The notes below the pieces were generated by a model. That model ran no database searches. It saw only the letters and a list, made by a program, of their open reading frames with translations, and was not told where the DNA came from. A program made the translations under genes and the position numbers. Positions 9,704 through 20,118 of a stretch of DNA of 64,000 nt are shown one piece after another (positions within the stretch are counted from its first letter, which is position 1; every line of letters starts with the position of its first letter). This DNA comes from an uncultured delta proteobacterium (GTDB taxonomy: Bacteria > Desulfobacterota > WTBG01 > CAIYCZ01 > CAIRTM01): positions 96,001-160,000 of the forward strand of contig CAWDSQ010000007.1 of the NCBI GenBank assembly GCA_963804955.1, read 5' to 3'.

Positions 9704-11100
9704 ATGATCGCAACTTTAACATTCATGGGAGCAACAGGCACGGTTACCGGGTCGCGGTATCTTCTGAAAGCCGAAGGTAAAAAATACCTCATCGACTGCG
9801 GCCTGTTTCAGGGCTTGAAAGAAATACGGCAGCGCAACTGGGAACCCTTCCCTGTGCCGCCAAATGAAATCGACCGTGTACTGCTGACCCATGCCCATAT
9901 TGACCACTGCGGCTTTCTGCCACGCATTGTGCAGCAGGGTTTCAAAGGGCCGGTGCACTGCACCTTTCCCACGGCAGACATCTGCAGCCTCGTCCTCAGA
10001 GACAGCGCCTACCTTCAGGAAGAAGACGCGCGGTACGCAAACAAAAAAGGCTTCTCAAAGCACAAGCCCGCCCTGCCCCTCTATACTGTGCAGGATGCCG
10101 AAGATGCCATCAGCCTCTTTAAACCAGTACACTACGGCCAGGACCTCTTTTCTCAAATACCATGCGCGTCAAATTCAAGGACGCGGGGCATATTCTCGGC
10201 TCATCGTTTATCGACGTGAAGCTCATGCAGGCAGACAAGCCGACCCGCATCCTCTTCAGCGGTGACATCGGCAGCCCCGACCGCCCCATACTGCGCGACC
10301 CCACGCAGGTATTTGAAGTGGACTATCTCGTGCTTGAATCGACCTACGGCGACCGCACCCATGACCACGGCGACGACGCCCGCCGGGACGGGCTGGCCCG
10401 TATTATCAATGAAAGCGTAAAACGCGGCGGCATACTTATCATTCCGTCGTTTGCCGTGGAGCGCTCGCAGGAGCTGCTCTACTATATCCGAGAACTTGAG
10501 GACCAGAAACGCATTCCCGTGCTGCCGGTCTATCTTGATTCGCCCATGGCAGTGTCAGCCACTGAGATCTTTGAAAAATGGAAGCTTGTCTACGATATGG
10601 AAGCACGAATGCAGGAGCTCGACGGCAGGCATATCATGCAGACACAGATGCTGCATGTCGTGCGCGATGCCTCTGAGTCAAAGCTGCTGCACAATGTGAA
10701 GGGCCCGGCCATATTCATTTCCGCCAGCGGCATGCTTGAAGGCGGCCGCATACTGCATCACCTTGAGCACCGCCTTCCCTTCGCGGAAAACACTGTCCTC
10801 TTTGTCGGGTATCAGGCCGAGGGCACGCGCGGCAGGTCGATCCTCAACGGCAGCCCGACCATTAAGATTCACGGGCAGATGATTCCCGTGCACGCCAAAA
10901 TCGAGAATATCACCGGTTTCTCCGGCCATGCCGATTACAAGGAGATCCTTGCCTGGCTCATGGGCTTTAACCGGCCGCCGGTTAAAACCTTTATCGTCCA
11001 CGGTGAGCCTGATGCTGCTCAAGCCATGGCTAAAAACATCAGAACAACACTTGGCTGGGAGGTTGAAATACCGGAGTTCATGCAAACAGTTCAACTGTAG
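9704..11100 (+). CDS. MBL-fold beta-CASP ribonuclease (frameshift near 10150)
   Basis: GTVTGS and THAHIDH in the first ORF; AGHILGS, FSGDIG, ESTYG and FSGHAD in the second. The two ORFs together make one protein. Confidence 0.9.
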
Positions 11101-11121
11101 GAAGATAAAAACAATAATCAG

Positions 11122-11157
11122 AAGGCCGGGCTGCTGCACACAGCCCGGCCTTTTTTA
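11122..11157 (+). terminator. Intrinsic terminator
   Basis: aggccgggctg...cagcccggcc followed by tttttt. Confidence 0.85.
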
Positions 11158-11230
11158 TTGATGCAACTAAATCGTGACACGAACAAAAAACATACATAGC
11201 AGGCTGGAGTAAAACGGCTGCGTTGCCATC

Positions 11231-12106
11231 TCACTTGGCTTTTCGGCGCTCGTACATTTTGCAGATATCCGACAGTGCGGCAGCCATGGCGGGATTTGTC
11301 TTCATAATCTCCACGGTTTCATCAGGAGATTCCAGAAGCTTAAGATAGGCTGCCTCAACGGTATTTGTTTTCATCCGCAGAACCCCGAACAGCATATCGG
11401 CAATATCCACGCCTCTGATATTGGCATAAAAATTAGAGCTGTAATACAAGTCACACATCAGGCACAGCCGGGCTATTGCAGTGCCGGGCTTATGATGCTG
11501 GTGAATATATTTCGGGTTGAGCACATAAATTCTAATTTTTTTGATGCTGTGACAGGTTAAAAAATACATGTACCGGTTAAAATCCTTACCCTCGCCGAAA
11601 ACCTTTTCGGCAAGTTCACGCTGAGCCTTATTGAGGCCGCCGCTCTTAACGTTCTGCCAGTAGTAGCGCGTATCGATTTCAAAATAGGCAAATTCAGGAT
11701 CAAATTCTTTAAGTTTCAGAGAAAAAAGCCTGGTTCTATGCGTATGCCCCGTTTTAACCGAGTCGTAAACTTTTTTTACTTCATCTTTGCTGAGCCGGTA
11801 GTTTTCATTAGCCAGCATCTGCCGGCATGCTTCTTCCAGATTGTTGAAAATGGGGTTTGCTTCACGCCTGCCAAAATACAAAAAACCCTCTTTGCCGAGC
11901 TTTGTTTTTTCAACCGCATACATGCCGAAGTCTGCCGTGAAATAAAAATAATTCAAAAATGCAGGATCCGTGATGTTCTTATAGTCCATAGCCCGCTTGG
12001 CTGCTATGTCGGCAGATGTTGAAATAAAATCAGCATCAAAAAGGGCTGCATCCTTTTGAAATATCCCCCTGTTTTTCTTATTGGTAATAAGTTTAATTAT
12101 ATCCAT
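11231..12106 (-). CDS. Hypothetical protein resembling DPANN (Woesearchaeota-type) DGR variable proteins
   Basis: 291 aa, AT-richer than neighbours. FTAD, NPIFNN, RIYVLNPKY and a C-terminal AR...SNF.A..R.V......GV pattern. Similarity is from recall, not a search. Confidence 0.6.
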   Translation of the reverse strand: MDIIKLITNKKNRGIFQKDAALFDADFISTSADIAAKRAMDYKNITDPAFLNYFYFTADFGMYAVEKTKLGKEGFLYFGRREANPIFNNLEEACRQMLANENYRLSKDEVKKVYDSVKTGHTHRTRLFSLKLKEFDPEFAYFEIDTRYYWQNVKSGGLNKAQRELAEKVFGEGKDFNRYMYFLTCHSIKKIRIYVLNPKYIHQHHKPGTAIARLCLMCDLYYSSNFYANIRGVDIADMLFGVLRMKTNTVEAAYLKLLESPDETVEIMKTNPAMAAALSDICKMYERRKAK

Positions 12107-12321
12107 GTCTTTTCACAAAAAAGCTGTTGTCTGGTTATAGTGCATGGAGGGGTTGCCCAATCGTACCGGGCAGAGGCCAATGCTTGTGATGCCCGAATAA
12201 GGCATGCATCAATGCGCAGGCTAAATCCCCCTCCCTCCAAAAAAAACTATTTGATCAACGTATACCGATTTAAGCAATACAACCAATCAACAAATCAATA
12301 TTTACCAGATAATAGTACATT

Positions 12322-12336
12322 ACAAATATTGTGCCA
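12322..12336 (-). promoter_or_regulatory. Sigma-54 promoter candidate for the 12106 gene
   Basis: Minus strand TGGCAC-AATAT-TTGT. Confidence 0.6.
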
Positions 12337-12734
12337 ATTTGTTTAAATAAATTAATCAAGCATTTTCGATTAGTTAAAAACATGCTGGAGTTAGTAACAA
12401 CTAAAAATGTGTCTCATGATACATAAATGCACAAGCAAAAGCGTATCAAAACCTTACTGTCCCTGTCTGTTTATATAATTGGATGGCCGTAGGGTTGAAG
12501 CTAAAAAAAGAGTGGCAAAGGCAATCGTTGAGGCTCTTAAATACACATCTCCTGCTTAAAAAAGCGGCACAGGCAGCCCAGCGGCGGATTTGGATGTGAT
12601 AGGGGTTTTCGATTTTTTAGTCGAGATCTGCGGAATTAAACTTACTCAATAATTGTGAGGGTAGAAGGTGATTTTATAGCAGCAAAGTTCTTCAACCAAA
12701 TTAAACGGCTTGAGTCTAGCCGGCTCTTCTTTGC

Positions 12735-13271
12735 TCACAACCACCAGAACAGGCATGGCGCCAGGAAAACAAACGAGCCGAGGATGGCTGCCATGTAAAA
12801 AAACAAAAGGGGTATACACACCAGAAACTGCGGAAATAATTCCGGACTAAAAATCATGTTCGGGATCAATAAAACCATATAGCCAAAGATAACAAAGGCC
12901 TTGTGCATATTTTGCTCGAGCAGCATAATCGCTTGATTGCACTGAGCCTCAAATACTTCCACCTGTGCCAATCGATCCTGAACCGCGCGGACCCGCCCGC
13001 GTGCACCATATGCCTGGTCGGCAGTAATATGCATGGCCTGCAGATTTCCGGACCTGATAAGTTGTACGAGATCGCGCAGGCTTTTTTTGGCATCTGCCTG
13101 TAAACTCAGGGCAACATCAGCAGTGCAGGTGGTATCCCGTTCCGCACAGGCGGCATAGGCCTCCAGAAGCGTTATACTGTCAGAGCTGATATCATAAAGC
13201 GTTTTCTCCTGTGCAGGCGATGCAGACGGAAGCGCCAGAACGCACAAAAACAGCAGCATCATTTTTTTCAT
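12735..13271 (-). CDS. Secreted/membrane protein, CLFWWL family copy 1
   Basis: Signal peptide MKK...SPA-QEKTL, C-x6-C, CN, a hydrophobic C-terminal third, ends PCLFWWL. Confidence 0.85.
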   Translation of the reverse strand: MKKMMLLFLCVLALPSASPAQEKTLYDISSDSITLLEAYAACAERDTTCTADVALSLQADAKKSLRDLVQLIRSGNLQAMHITADQAYGARGRVRAVQDRLAQVEVFEAQCNQAIMLLEQNMHKAFVIFGYMVLLIPNMIFSPELFPQFLVCIPLLFFYMAAILGSFVFLAPCLFWWL

Positions 13272-13327
13272 AAATTGTACCCCCTTGAAAACAAGCGATT
13301 GCATTTCGGCTCTTCATCAGTCCAAAA

Positions 13328-14623
13328 TCACATTAATGCAGCCGGAACTGGCAGCAAGGTCACGTTATCTGTAGACCATTGCTCTTTCCAGGCAATCACG
13401 CTGCCATCTTCAGCCAGTGCCGAATACCCGTCTATAAATTCAGAATTGCTATATTCTAAAAAGCCGTGGTTGTCATCCTCACCGGCATCAAAGGCGTTCA
13501 CGGCAATAATGTTGTTAAACTCATGATGAAAAACCAGAACCCCCGAATGCACGCCGCCATACCATTGATAATATCCCCATACAACTATTGACCCATCCTG
13601 CTTCAGCGCAATATTATTGCTGTCTCCCGAAGCAGCCGCTGTTGCCCGAAGCCTTCCTGCGCGAATCGGAAGAGGGACATCCCTCCACCCGGATATATAA
13701 TTTATATGCCTCTGCACGACATTCCCGTCAGACTGCACCGCCACATCGAAATTGCTCCCCAGGGATATTGAAACTGCATCATTAACAGGGGTCATATAGC
13801 TGTGGGGCCATTTCGCTATCGTGCCGTCCGCCTTCACCGCCGCGCATCGACCTTCTCCTGCGCCGATGCTGACCACATCGCTGATAGCGGCAGGAACATG
13901 CATCGGCTCTTCATTCATAAAACCCCACCCGACAAGATTGCCGTCTGCTTTTAAAGCAAGAAAATGATGATAGCCGGCGGCAACCGCCACCACATCAGCA
14001 AGCCCGTCAGGAACAGGAAGCTCCTGAGGGCAGGAAAGCGCATCACATGACCACACCACCACCGTCCCGTTGTCTTTTAGCGCAACGCTGTAGTCATTGC
14101 TTTTTGCTATGGCGGTTACATTTCTGAGCCCCTCAGGGGTTTCTAGTAGTTTGCCGTCTTCAAAGCTCCATTCCACAACCGTACCGTCGGCCTTGAGCGC
14201 AAGGCTGCCATGAGTAGTTGAAGCAAGCGCTATGGCTTTTTCAGTCTTGAAAACCCGGAATTTTTTGGCCACTTCCTTCATTGGCCCTTGTTCAACAGCC
14301 GCAGTAATGGTGATCAATTTCTCGCCTGGATTTTCAGGGTTCACCTGCCCAATCCAGCGCCAGGTGCCGTTATCGGTTGCCAGTAGTTCCTGTTCTGCCT
14401 GGCCGCCGATTTCGCTCAAATCAGCCGTAACCGTAACCGGCGCAAGAGCCTCTGGCGCCTGCCGCCAGATCACCCTCACATCGCAGGTCTGCCCAACCAA
14501 CAGACGCCCCATAAGAAATATGCGATTGCGCTGCATCGAGAGGTCAAGGGGCGGCTTGCATCCTGCCGCTGCAAGCAGCCCTAGTACCGCCAGTCCGATA
14601 CATAATTTTTGTATTTTTTTCAT
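13328..14623 (-). CDS. RCC1/BLIP-II repeat lipoprotein, copy 1
   Basis: Lipobox LAAAGC and repeated ALKADGTVVxW units. Confidence 0.88.
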   Translation of the reverse strand: MKKIQKLCIGLAVLGLLAAAGCKPPLDLSMQRNRIFLMGRLLVGQTCDVRVIWRQAPEALAPVTVTADLSEIGGQAEQELLATDNGTWRWIGQVNPENPGEKLITITAAVEQGPMKEVAKKFRVFKTEKAIALASTTHGSLALKADGTVVEWSFEDGKLLETPEGLRNVTAIAKSNDYSVALKDNGTVVVWSCDALSCPQELPVPDGLADVVAVAAGYHHFLALKADGNLVGWGFMNEEPMHVPAAISDVVSIGAGEGRCAAVKADGTIAKWPHSYMTPVNDAVSISLGSNFDVAVQSDGNVVQRHINYISGWRDVPLPIRAGRLRATAAASGDSNNIALKQDGSIVVWGYYQWYGGVHSGVLVFHHEFNNIIAVNAFDAGEDDNHGFLEYSNSEFIDGYSALAEDGSVIAWKEQWSTDNVTLLPVPAALM

Positions 14624-14648
14624 TCATTACCCTTTTCAATAATATTCA

Positions 14649-14677
14649 GCAGGGGCATGGCATGCCGTGCCACTACA
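14649..14677. repeat. REP-like palindrome
   Basis: gcaggggcatggcatgccgtgccactac, a GTAG-family-like hairpin. Confidence 0.5.
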
Positions 14678-14716
14678 ACTGATTTACCTCAACCATTCCA
14701 ATACAGCCAATCCCGC

Positions 14717-15256
14717 TCACAGCCACCAGAAAAGGCACGTTGGCGATAAAATAATCGTCATGAGGAAGGACCAAAGGGTTGAGCCTATAAGAACCATAAG
14801 TTCGATCATAAATCTTACAGGGCCTTCATATAAAATAACAAGATAAAGCAACAGGGGGTTCAAAAAGCTCGCCAGATACTGCAAATTACCGAGCAGTTGA
14901 ACAAAATAATGAATTCCCGCATTGCAGCTCTCATCGGCAATTGCAATATGCGCAAGCTGCTCCCGCACAACCCTGGCGCGAACGCTCAGCGCCGAAGCCT
15001 GACCGGGGGTGAGCATTATGCGGCTGCGGTCGCCCGACTTTACCAGCCCCACAAAATCCCGCAGGCCGTTTACAGCTCCTGCCTTTATGGCCAGCATATC
15101 TTCGGAGGTGCAGGCGCTCTCCCGGTCCGCACAGGCTGCGTACGCCTCAACCAGAAAAAACATGTCCTGGCTGATATCGTTGAGTGTTTTTTCCTGTGCC
15201 CGGACTGCGGCAGGCAGCAGCGCGATACATAAGACCAATAGTATGGTTTTTTTCAT
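14717..15256 (-). CDS. Secreted/membrane protein, CLFWWL family copy 2
   Basis: MKK...VRA-QEKTL, AYAACAD...C, SCN, hydrophobic tail, ends PTCLFWWL. Clear paralog of 12735..13271. Confidence 0.85.
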   Translation of the reverse strand: MKKTILLVLCIALLPAAVRAQEKTLNDISQDMFFLVEAYAACADRESACTSEDMLAIKAGAVNGLRDFVGLVKSGDRSRIMLTPGQASALSVRARVVREQLAHIAIADESCNAGIHYFVQLLGNLQYLASFLNPLLLYLVILYEGPVRFMIELMVLIGSTLWSFLMTIILSPTCLFWWL

Positions 15257-15284
15257 TTCACACCTCCCCTGGGTGCATTCTTTA

Positions 15285-16579
15285 TCATTGTAATTCCTCC
15301 GGCACTGTTAGCTCATGCTGGCCATCCCACCACTCTTCCCATGCCAGAACGCTGCCGTCCGCGGTCAGGGCCATGCTGTTGGGCGGCGTAAAACCGCACA
15401 GGCCATCGGCTATGGCAATTATGTTTGCCAGCCTTTCATGGCTGACATAATACAAACCCGCATACTGGGTCGCGCGCCACCAGAGCATGACCGTGCCGTC
15501 TTCCTGTAGCGCCATCCAGTGACTCCCACCAGCAACTACAGCTTTTGCCCTCAAGTCGCCTGCCCGGCGAGGCAGGCTGTCACCCCGGCCGCCCCACATG
15601 ACTGCGCTGCCATTGTCTGTTAAGGCAAGAGCATTCTCCCACGCATCAATAGCCACCACGTTTTCAAGGCCTTCCGGCGCATCACAATAGTCCTCCGGAT
15701 ACGCCCAGAGATCCTCAGTTCTTACTGCAAGCCATGAAGCTACCGTACCATCGGCTTTCAGCGCATGTGCGCAGGCATTACCCGCCGCCAGTGCAACAAC
15801 ATCGGTGAGCCCTTGCGGTATGTTCAGCCCGAGGCTATCATTATCGCCCCAGGCTGCTACTGTGCCATCAGCTTTCAGCGCAAGGTTATATATGGCTGCG
15901 GCGGCTATGGCTACTATATCCGTAAGATTATCCGGCACATCGAAACTTTCATCACTGCTATTGCCCCATGCCGCTACCGTTCCGTCGGCTTTCAGCGCAA
16001 GGTTATGATAATAACCTGCAGCTATGGCCACAACATTGCCGAGACCTTCAGAGGCATAAAACGCCTCTTGATTCTGATCACATTTCACATACGAACCAGC
16101 CGTCCCGACCTGCCAGTCAACCACGGTGCCGTCAGCTTTCAATGCAAGGCTTTGGGCCGCACCGCAATCAATAGCTACTGCCTTTGCTGCCGCATTATGC
16201 ACCTGCACCTGCTTTTCGCTCGGGTATTCTTCATCATCCGCGTCCAGCGCGGTAATGCGCAGCGTCTTCTCGCCGAACGCCGGGGCGCAACCTTGCCGCT
16301 CCACCGCCAGATGCTTTGGTTATCTGCGGTCAGTTCCTGTGCCGCATCTCCGCCGATTTCACTTAAATCCGCCGTCACCGTTACCGGCACGGGGTCATTA
16401 GCCCCGGCGCGCCAAATCAGGCGCACATCGCAGGCCTGGCCCGACAGAAGCCGGCCGAGCAGAAATATGCGGCTGCGGTGCAACGACAGCGGCTCTTGTG
16501 GCTCAGGTTTTTTACATGCTGTTGCCGCCAGCAGTCCCAGCGCCGCAAAAGATACCAATACTTTTTGTAATGTCTTCAT
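15285..16579 (-). CDS. RCC1/BLIP-II repeat lipoprotein, copy 2 (frameshift near 16300)
   Basis: N-terminal ORF has lipobox LAATAC and PVTVTADLSEIGG shared with copy 1. Second ORF has ALKADGTVAAWG repeats. Confidence 0.85.
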
Positions 16580-16651
16580 GTATACCCCCGTACAGTTTGT
16601 CATAAAAGCATTTTAAGAGCATCCAGTCGTGTCCCAATGCTGTGCGCCCGC

Positions 16652-16723
16652 TCATAACCACCAGAACAGGCATGGCGCCAGGAAAACAAACGAGCCGAGG
16701 ATGGCTGCTATAATATTTCCCCA
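16652..16723 (-). pseudogene. C-terminal remnant or mini-ORF of a CLFWWL-family gene
   Basis: Encodes ...AAILGSFVFLAPCLFWWL*. 16650-16708 matches 12733-12791 at 58/59 nt. Confidence 0.8.
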
Positions 16724-16989
16724 TTAGCACCTCCTCTGTGTGATTGGATGTGAAAGTATTTTTACACTACATTCTCTGCATGCTCAGACCGTGCTGTGCT
16801 TTGGTCATGCACAATACTGCTCTGAGCCCCTACAGCAAAGATGCCGGTTTCTCTACAACCCTACATGGCAATACAAGCTCCCGGATGCCCACGGGAAGAG
16901 TAATACCAAGCCAACGCATAGGCACAATACATATAGCCCCTATCAATCATGCCACTCTAGCCATTCACGCTCACACATAAAAAAAATCG

Positions 16990-17072
16990 GGGCACCGGAA
17001 CCGCACAGGTCTGCCCTACAAGCAGCCCCAGCGCAACACTACCATCAAATTTTTTATACTGTTTTTATGCAT
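16990..17072 (-). pseudogene. Decayed 5' end of an RCC1-lipoprotein-like gene
   Basis: Minus strand AAAGGGG RBS, then AAAACAGTA-TAA-AAAATT...GCGCTGGGGCTGCTT and GTAGGGCAGACCTGT, echoing the ALGLL and VGQTC segments of the intact paralogs. Confidence 0.45.
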
Positions 17073-17128
17073 TCCCCTTTACACGGGTCCATTCATCATG
17101 AATACAATGCGCCGGGCCCCCGCCGCTT

Positions 17129-18340
17129 TCAATACTCATTATTCATTACCGGATTTTTTTGCAGTTCAGTAATATCAAGCTTATACAAAATATCCCAGCC
17201 GAAGGAGCCCGGTTCCCCCCCTATTCCGAAAAGCCACAAATTTGAGCCGGATAAAGCAATACTGTAAGGAGTTGAAAGCGGGCCATTTCCGGTTCTCCCG
17301 CCGGTGGGCGGATATATGAGACTTACGATATTTCCATCCATATCAATCTTATAAAGCATCTTTCCATATATACTGTCGGTAACCCAGAAGTATGTTCCGT
17401 CAAAAGCGATGCCATAGGGATTATCAAAAGGCAGGGGAATTGCCGTGTCGCAGAAACCATTCATATCGCATTTATTGATGCTCCTGGCTTGTCCGGCCAC
17501 GTACCAAACAGTACCATCCTTCACGAAAATACCCCTGGGGTCGCCGGGCGCACGAAAGGACGCAACCGGTTCGCCTGTTTTGGTAAACTTGTAAATGCTT
17601 TCGGAATGGAATTCGGTATACCAGATAAAGTCCCCATCTGCCGCAATACCGCGCACCTCATGATTCTCAGTCAGGGGGTAGCGTAACGATCGGTTCGGGC
17701 AAAAAATAACCAGCGTCCTCGGGAGCAGCAATGCCTGCTATAATCCGTTTTCCTGTGGAATTGTCGATGCCGAGCGTCCACAGCACCCCACCGTCAAAGG
17801 TTCCCACCGGAGTTACTGATTTCCAGTGCTGCACAACAGGCAGACTGGCAAGGGGCGGAGACCAGCCCATATCTGTTTCCTGGAGAAAAGGAATTTTACG
17901 ATTAAATATGGGTCGCAGGCGGACAAAGTCCGGCAGGAATCCGGCCATTCCCACAGCTTTCATCGTCAGGGCGGGCTCTTTCAGATTTACTCTACCCCAG
18001 ACGAAATACAGCGCGCTCCCTATGAGAGATTTAGGATTTTGACTAGAAACCCGTAATAGCGCATGTCAGCGTTCAAATCTGACCTGCTTATACTAAATCC
18101 ATACACCTCATCGAATACATACGTGCTGGTTGACCGCCAGTACATTTTGCCGCCGTAAAAGCCGACTTCCTCCCTGGCATACCATTCACTGTAATAAGAC
18201 CCATCATAAAAGCCCCAGAGCAAACCGGTGAGCCCATCGCTGGAATATGACCAGTCTGCGGCATCGGCAGGGTTGAATGGCAGAAGTACAACAAGAGTGA
18301 GGCAGGATAAAAGAATTATTTTTGCGCGTGTTGTAAGCAT
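17129..18340 (-). CDS. Secreted protein with a C-terminal beta-propeller (about 2 frameshifts)
   Basis: Signal peptide ending ADA. Three overlapping ORFs. Repeats of GI(A/F)xDGxxxW. Confidence 0.65.
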
Positions 18341-18442
18341 GTAGTCCCCTTTTTAATTTTACCCCGAAGAGGCATCCGCCGCAGCGGACATCGTGAAACT
18401 ATAACTGCGTCACCTCAATCGTTCCGGAACAGACAATCGTTC

Positions 18443-19056
18443 TCACAGCCGGAAAAAAAGAACCGGAAAAACAAGGCTCGGCAGCAAACAAGGTGCAGCA
18501 AATAAAGATTTTAACGTAGTGCATGCCCCCCATTACAAGCTGCAATACAAAAATACGGCTAGGCTATAACCGTATGCATCAACTGCAGCGCAAGCGCGAC
18601 CAGCATTCTTGCGCTATTGCATGACCCATCATGCATTTCTATTTTTGAAAACCGGCCTCGTACTTCTTCGGACCAAAAACGCAGGGCTTTCTCTTCTTCG
18701 GCAGTTAAAACCAGGGCACGCATATCGCCCGACTTTATAAGACTCTTAAGATCCTGAAGGGTCTTTTCAGCATTGGCTTTTAATGCCTTGCCATCCTCTT
18801 CAGTACAGGCAATATCATGATGTGCGCATGCCGTAAGCGTCTCTGCAAGGATAAGCGTCCGGGCGCTGATCTCGTACAGCCTGTTCTCATGCGCTTGCAT
18901 TTTGCAACTCACCCGCACCCGGCAGGACGTGTTCGCATAAACCGGCTCGGTGAAAGACAGTTCGTTTATCCGCGGCCAGGGCTGATCTTTAAACACCGCA
19001 GCTGTCAAAAGCCCCAACGCTGCAACTGTCAGTAAAATTTTATGAACGGTTTTCAC
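18443..19056 (-). CDS. Chimeric CLFWWL-family copy 3 (disrupted 3' end)
   Basis: GTG start after GAGGAG. The N-terminus KTVHKILLTVAALGLL resembles the RCC1 lipoproteins. The core LYEIS...ACA...C...SGD...SCN resembles the CLFWWL proteins. A downstream FFRL* ends at 18443. Confidence 0.7.
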
Positions 19057-19696
19057 GCTCTCCTCACTGTATGCTTTACTGCCCAGGGGTATTCGCCGGG
19101 GCTGAGACCGCACCCTGCAACTGCAAACATTGCTGCATAAATATATCTTTAGCCGTATTACTTTGAGTAAAGAAGTGCTGTTCCCGTTTTCCCCTTGCAC
19201 GTTCCCCCTGCAAGGGCAGGCAAAAAACTAAACTAACACTATTCAAATTAACGCAAGACGCGTACCAAAAAAATTAACTTGCTCTGAAAAAATCCAGAAC
19301 ATAATAAAAAGTATTGAAAAACAGATGGTTGAAAAAAATAAAAAAATAGCGGCTGCTTTGGCTCCATAAGCGGTAAAATACAATTGGCTGATTTCAGCCA
19401 GCAAAAGGGGTTGAAATAAATTTCATTGGTTGAATCCAGCCAATTACAGGTGATATGTATCGCCGGGGTTGACGGATTGAACTGCACATAACATGCCTGT
19501 TCCCTGCAATGCTTCAGATATGCCTGCCCGAATAATTTCTTGAGAAAAATGCGGCGCAAAGGTATATTTTGTGGAGAAACAGCCCAGGGTAATTCCCGGC
19601 TGACAGGAGCAAACTAAAAAAAAGAGCTCACGGGGGCCTTTGAGGGCCAACCCAGCTTCTTGAGCTTTATGCACAATATCATGACAGGACGATTGC

Positions 19697-20110
19697 ATGC
19701 CGATCTATGAATACTACTGCACGCCGTGCCACACCATTTTCAGCTTTCTGTCACGCACAGCAAACGTAAGCAGGCAGCCCGCCTGCCCTCGCTGCGGCGG
19801 TGAGATTCGCAAACAGGTTTCATCATTTGCCTTCTCCCAAAAGATGAGGGGCACTGAAAGTTTGCCCTTTTCGACACAGCAGGCAGAAGAAGGCGTTAAA
19901 AAGCTCAAAAGCGAAATCGACCGACTGAAGTCAGAGGAAAGCCCGCAGCGCGCCGCGCAGTTCAAAAAAAATTTCGAACGCTGGTCGGGCGTGAAGCTCG
20001 ACCACTCGGCTGGCTCCCTGCGCGGCGTTGAGCTTGCGCCTGAAAAAGGAGAGCCCCCTGAAGAAGAAGGCCCGCCTCCGGAGCGCGATGATACGATTTA
20101 TGATTTATAA
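19697..20110 (+). CDS. FmdB-family zinc-ribbon protein
   Basis: MPIYEYYCTPC...CPRCG. Confidence 0.9.
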   Translation: MPIYEYYCTPCHTIFSFLSRTANVSRQPACPRCGGEIRKQVSSFAFSQKMRGTESLPFSTQQAEEGVKKLKSEIDRLKSEESPQRAAQFKKNFERWSGVKLDHSAGSLRGVELAPEKGEPPEEEGPPPERDDTIYDL

Positions 20111-20118
20111 ACAAGCAG

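Noticed and set aside
9704..11100. Programmed frameshift or defence nuclease
   Set aside because: Ordinary stand-alone beta-CASP protein. The shift fits the window-wide indel pattern.
11231..19056. Complete diversity-generating retroelement
   Set aside because: No reverse transcriptase, Avd or template repeat seen. The 59-bp repeat has one mismatch only and is not AAC-rich.
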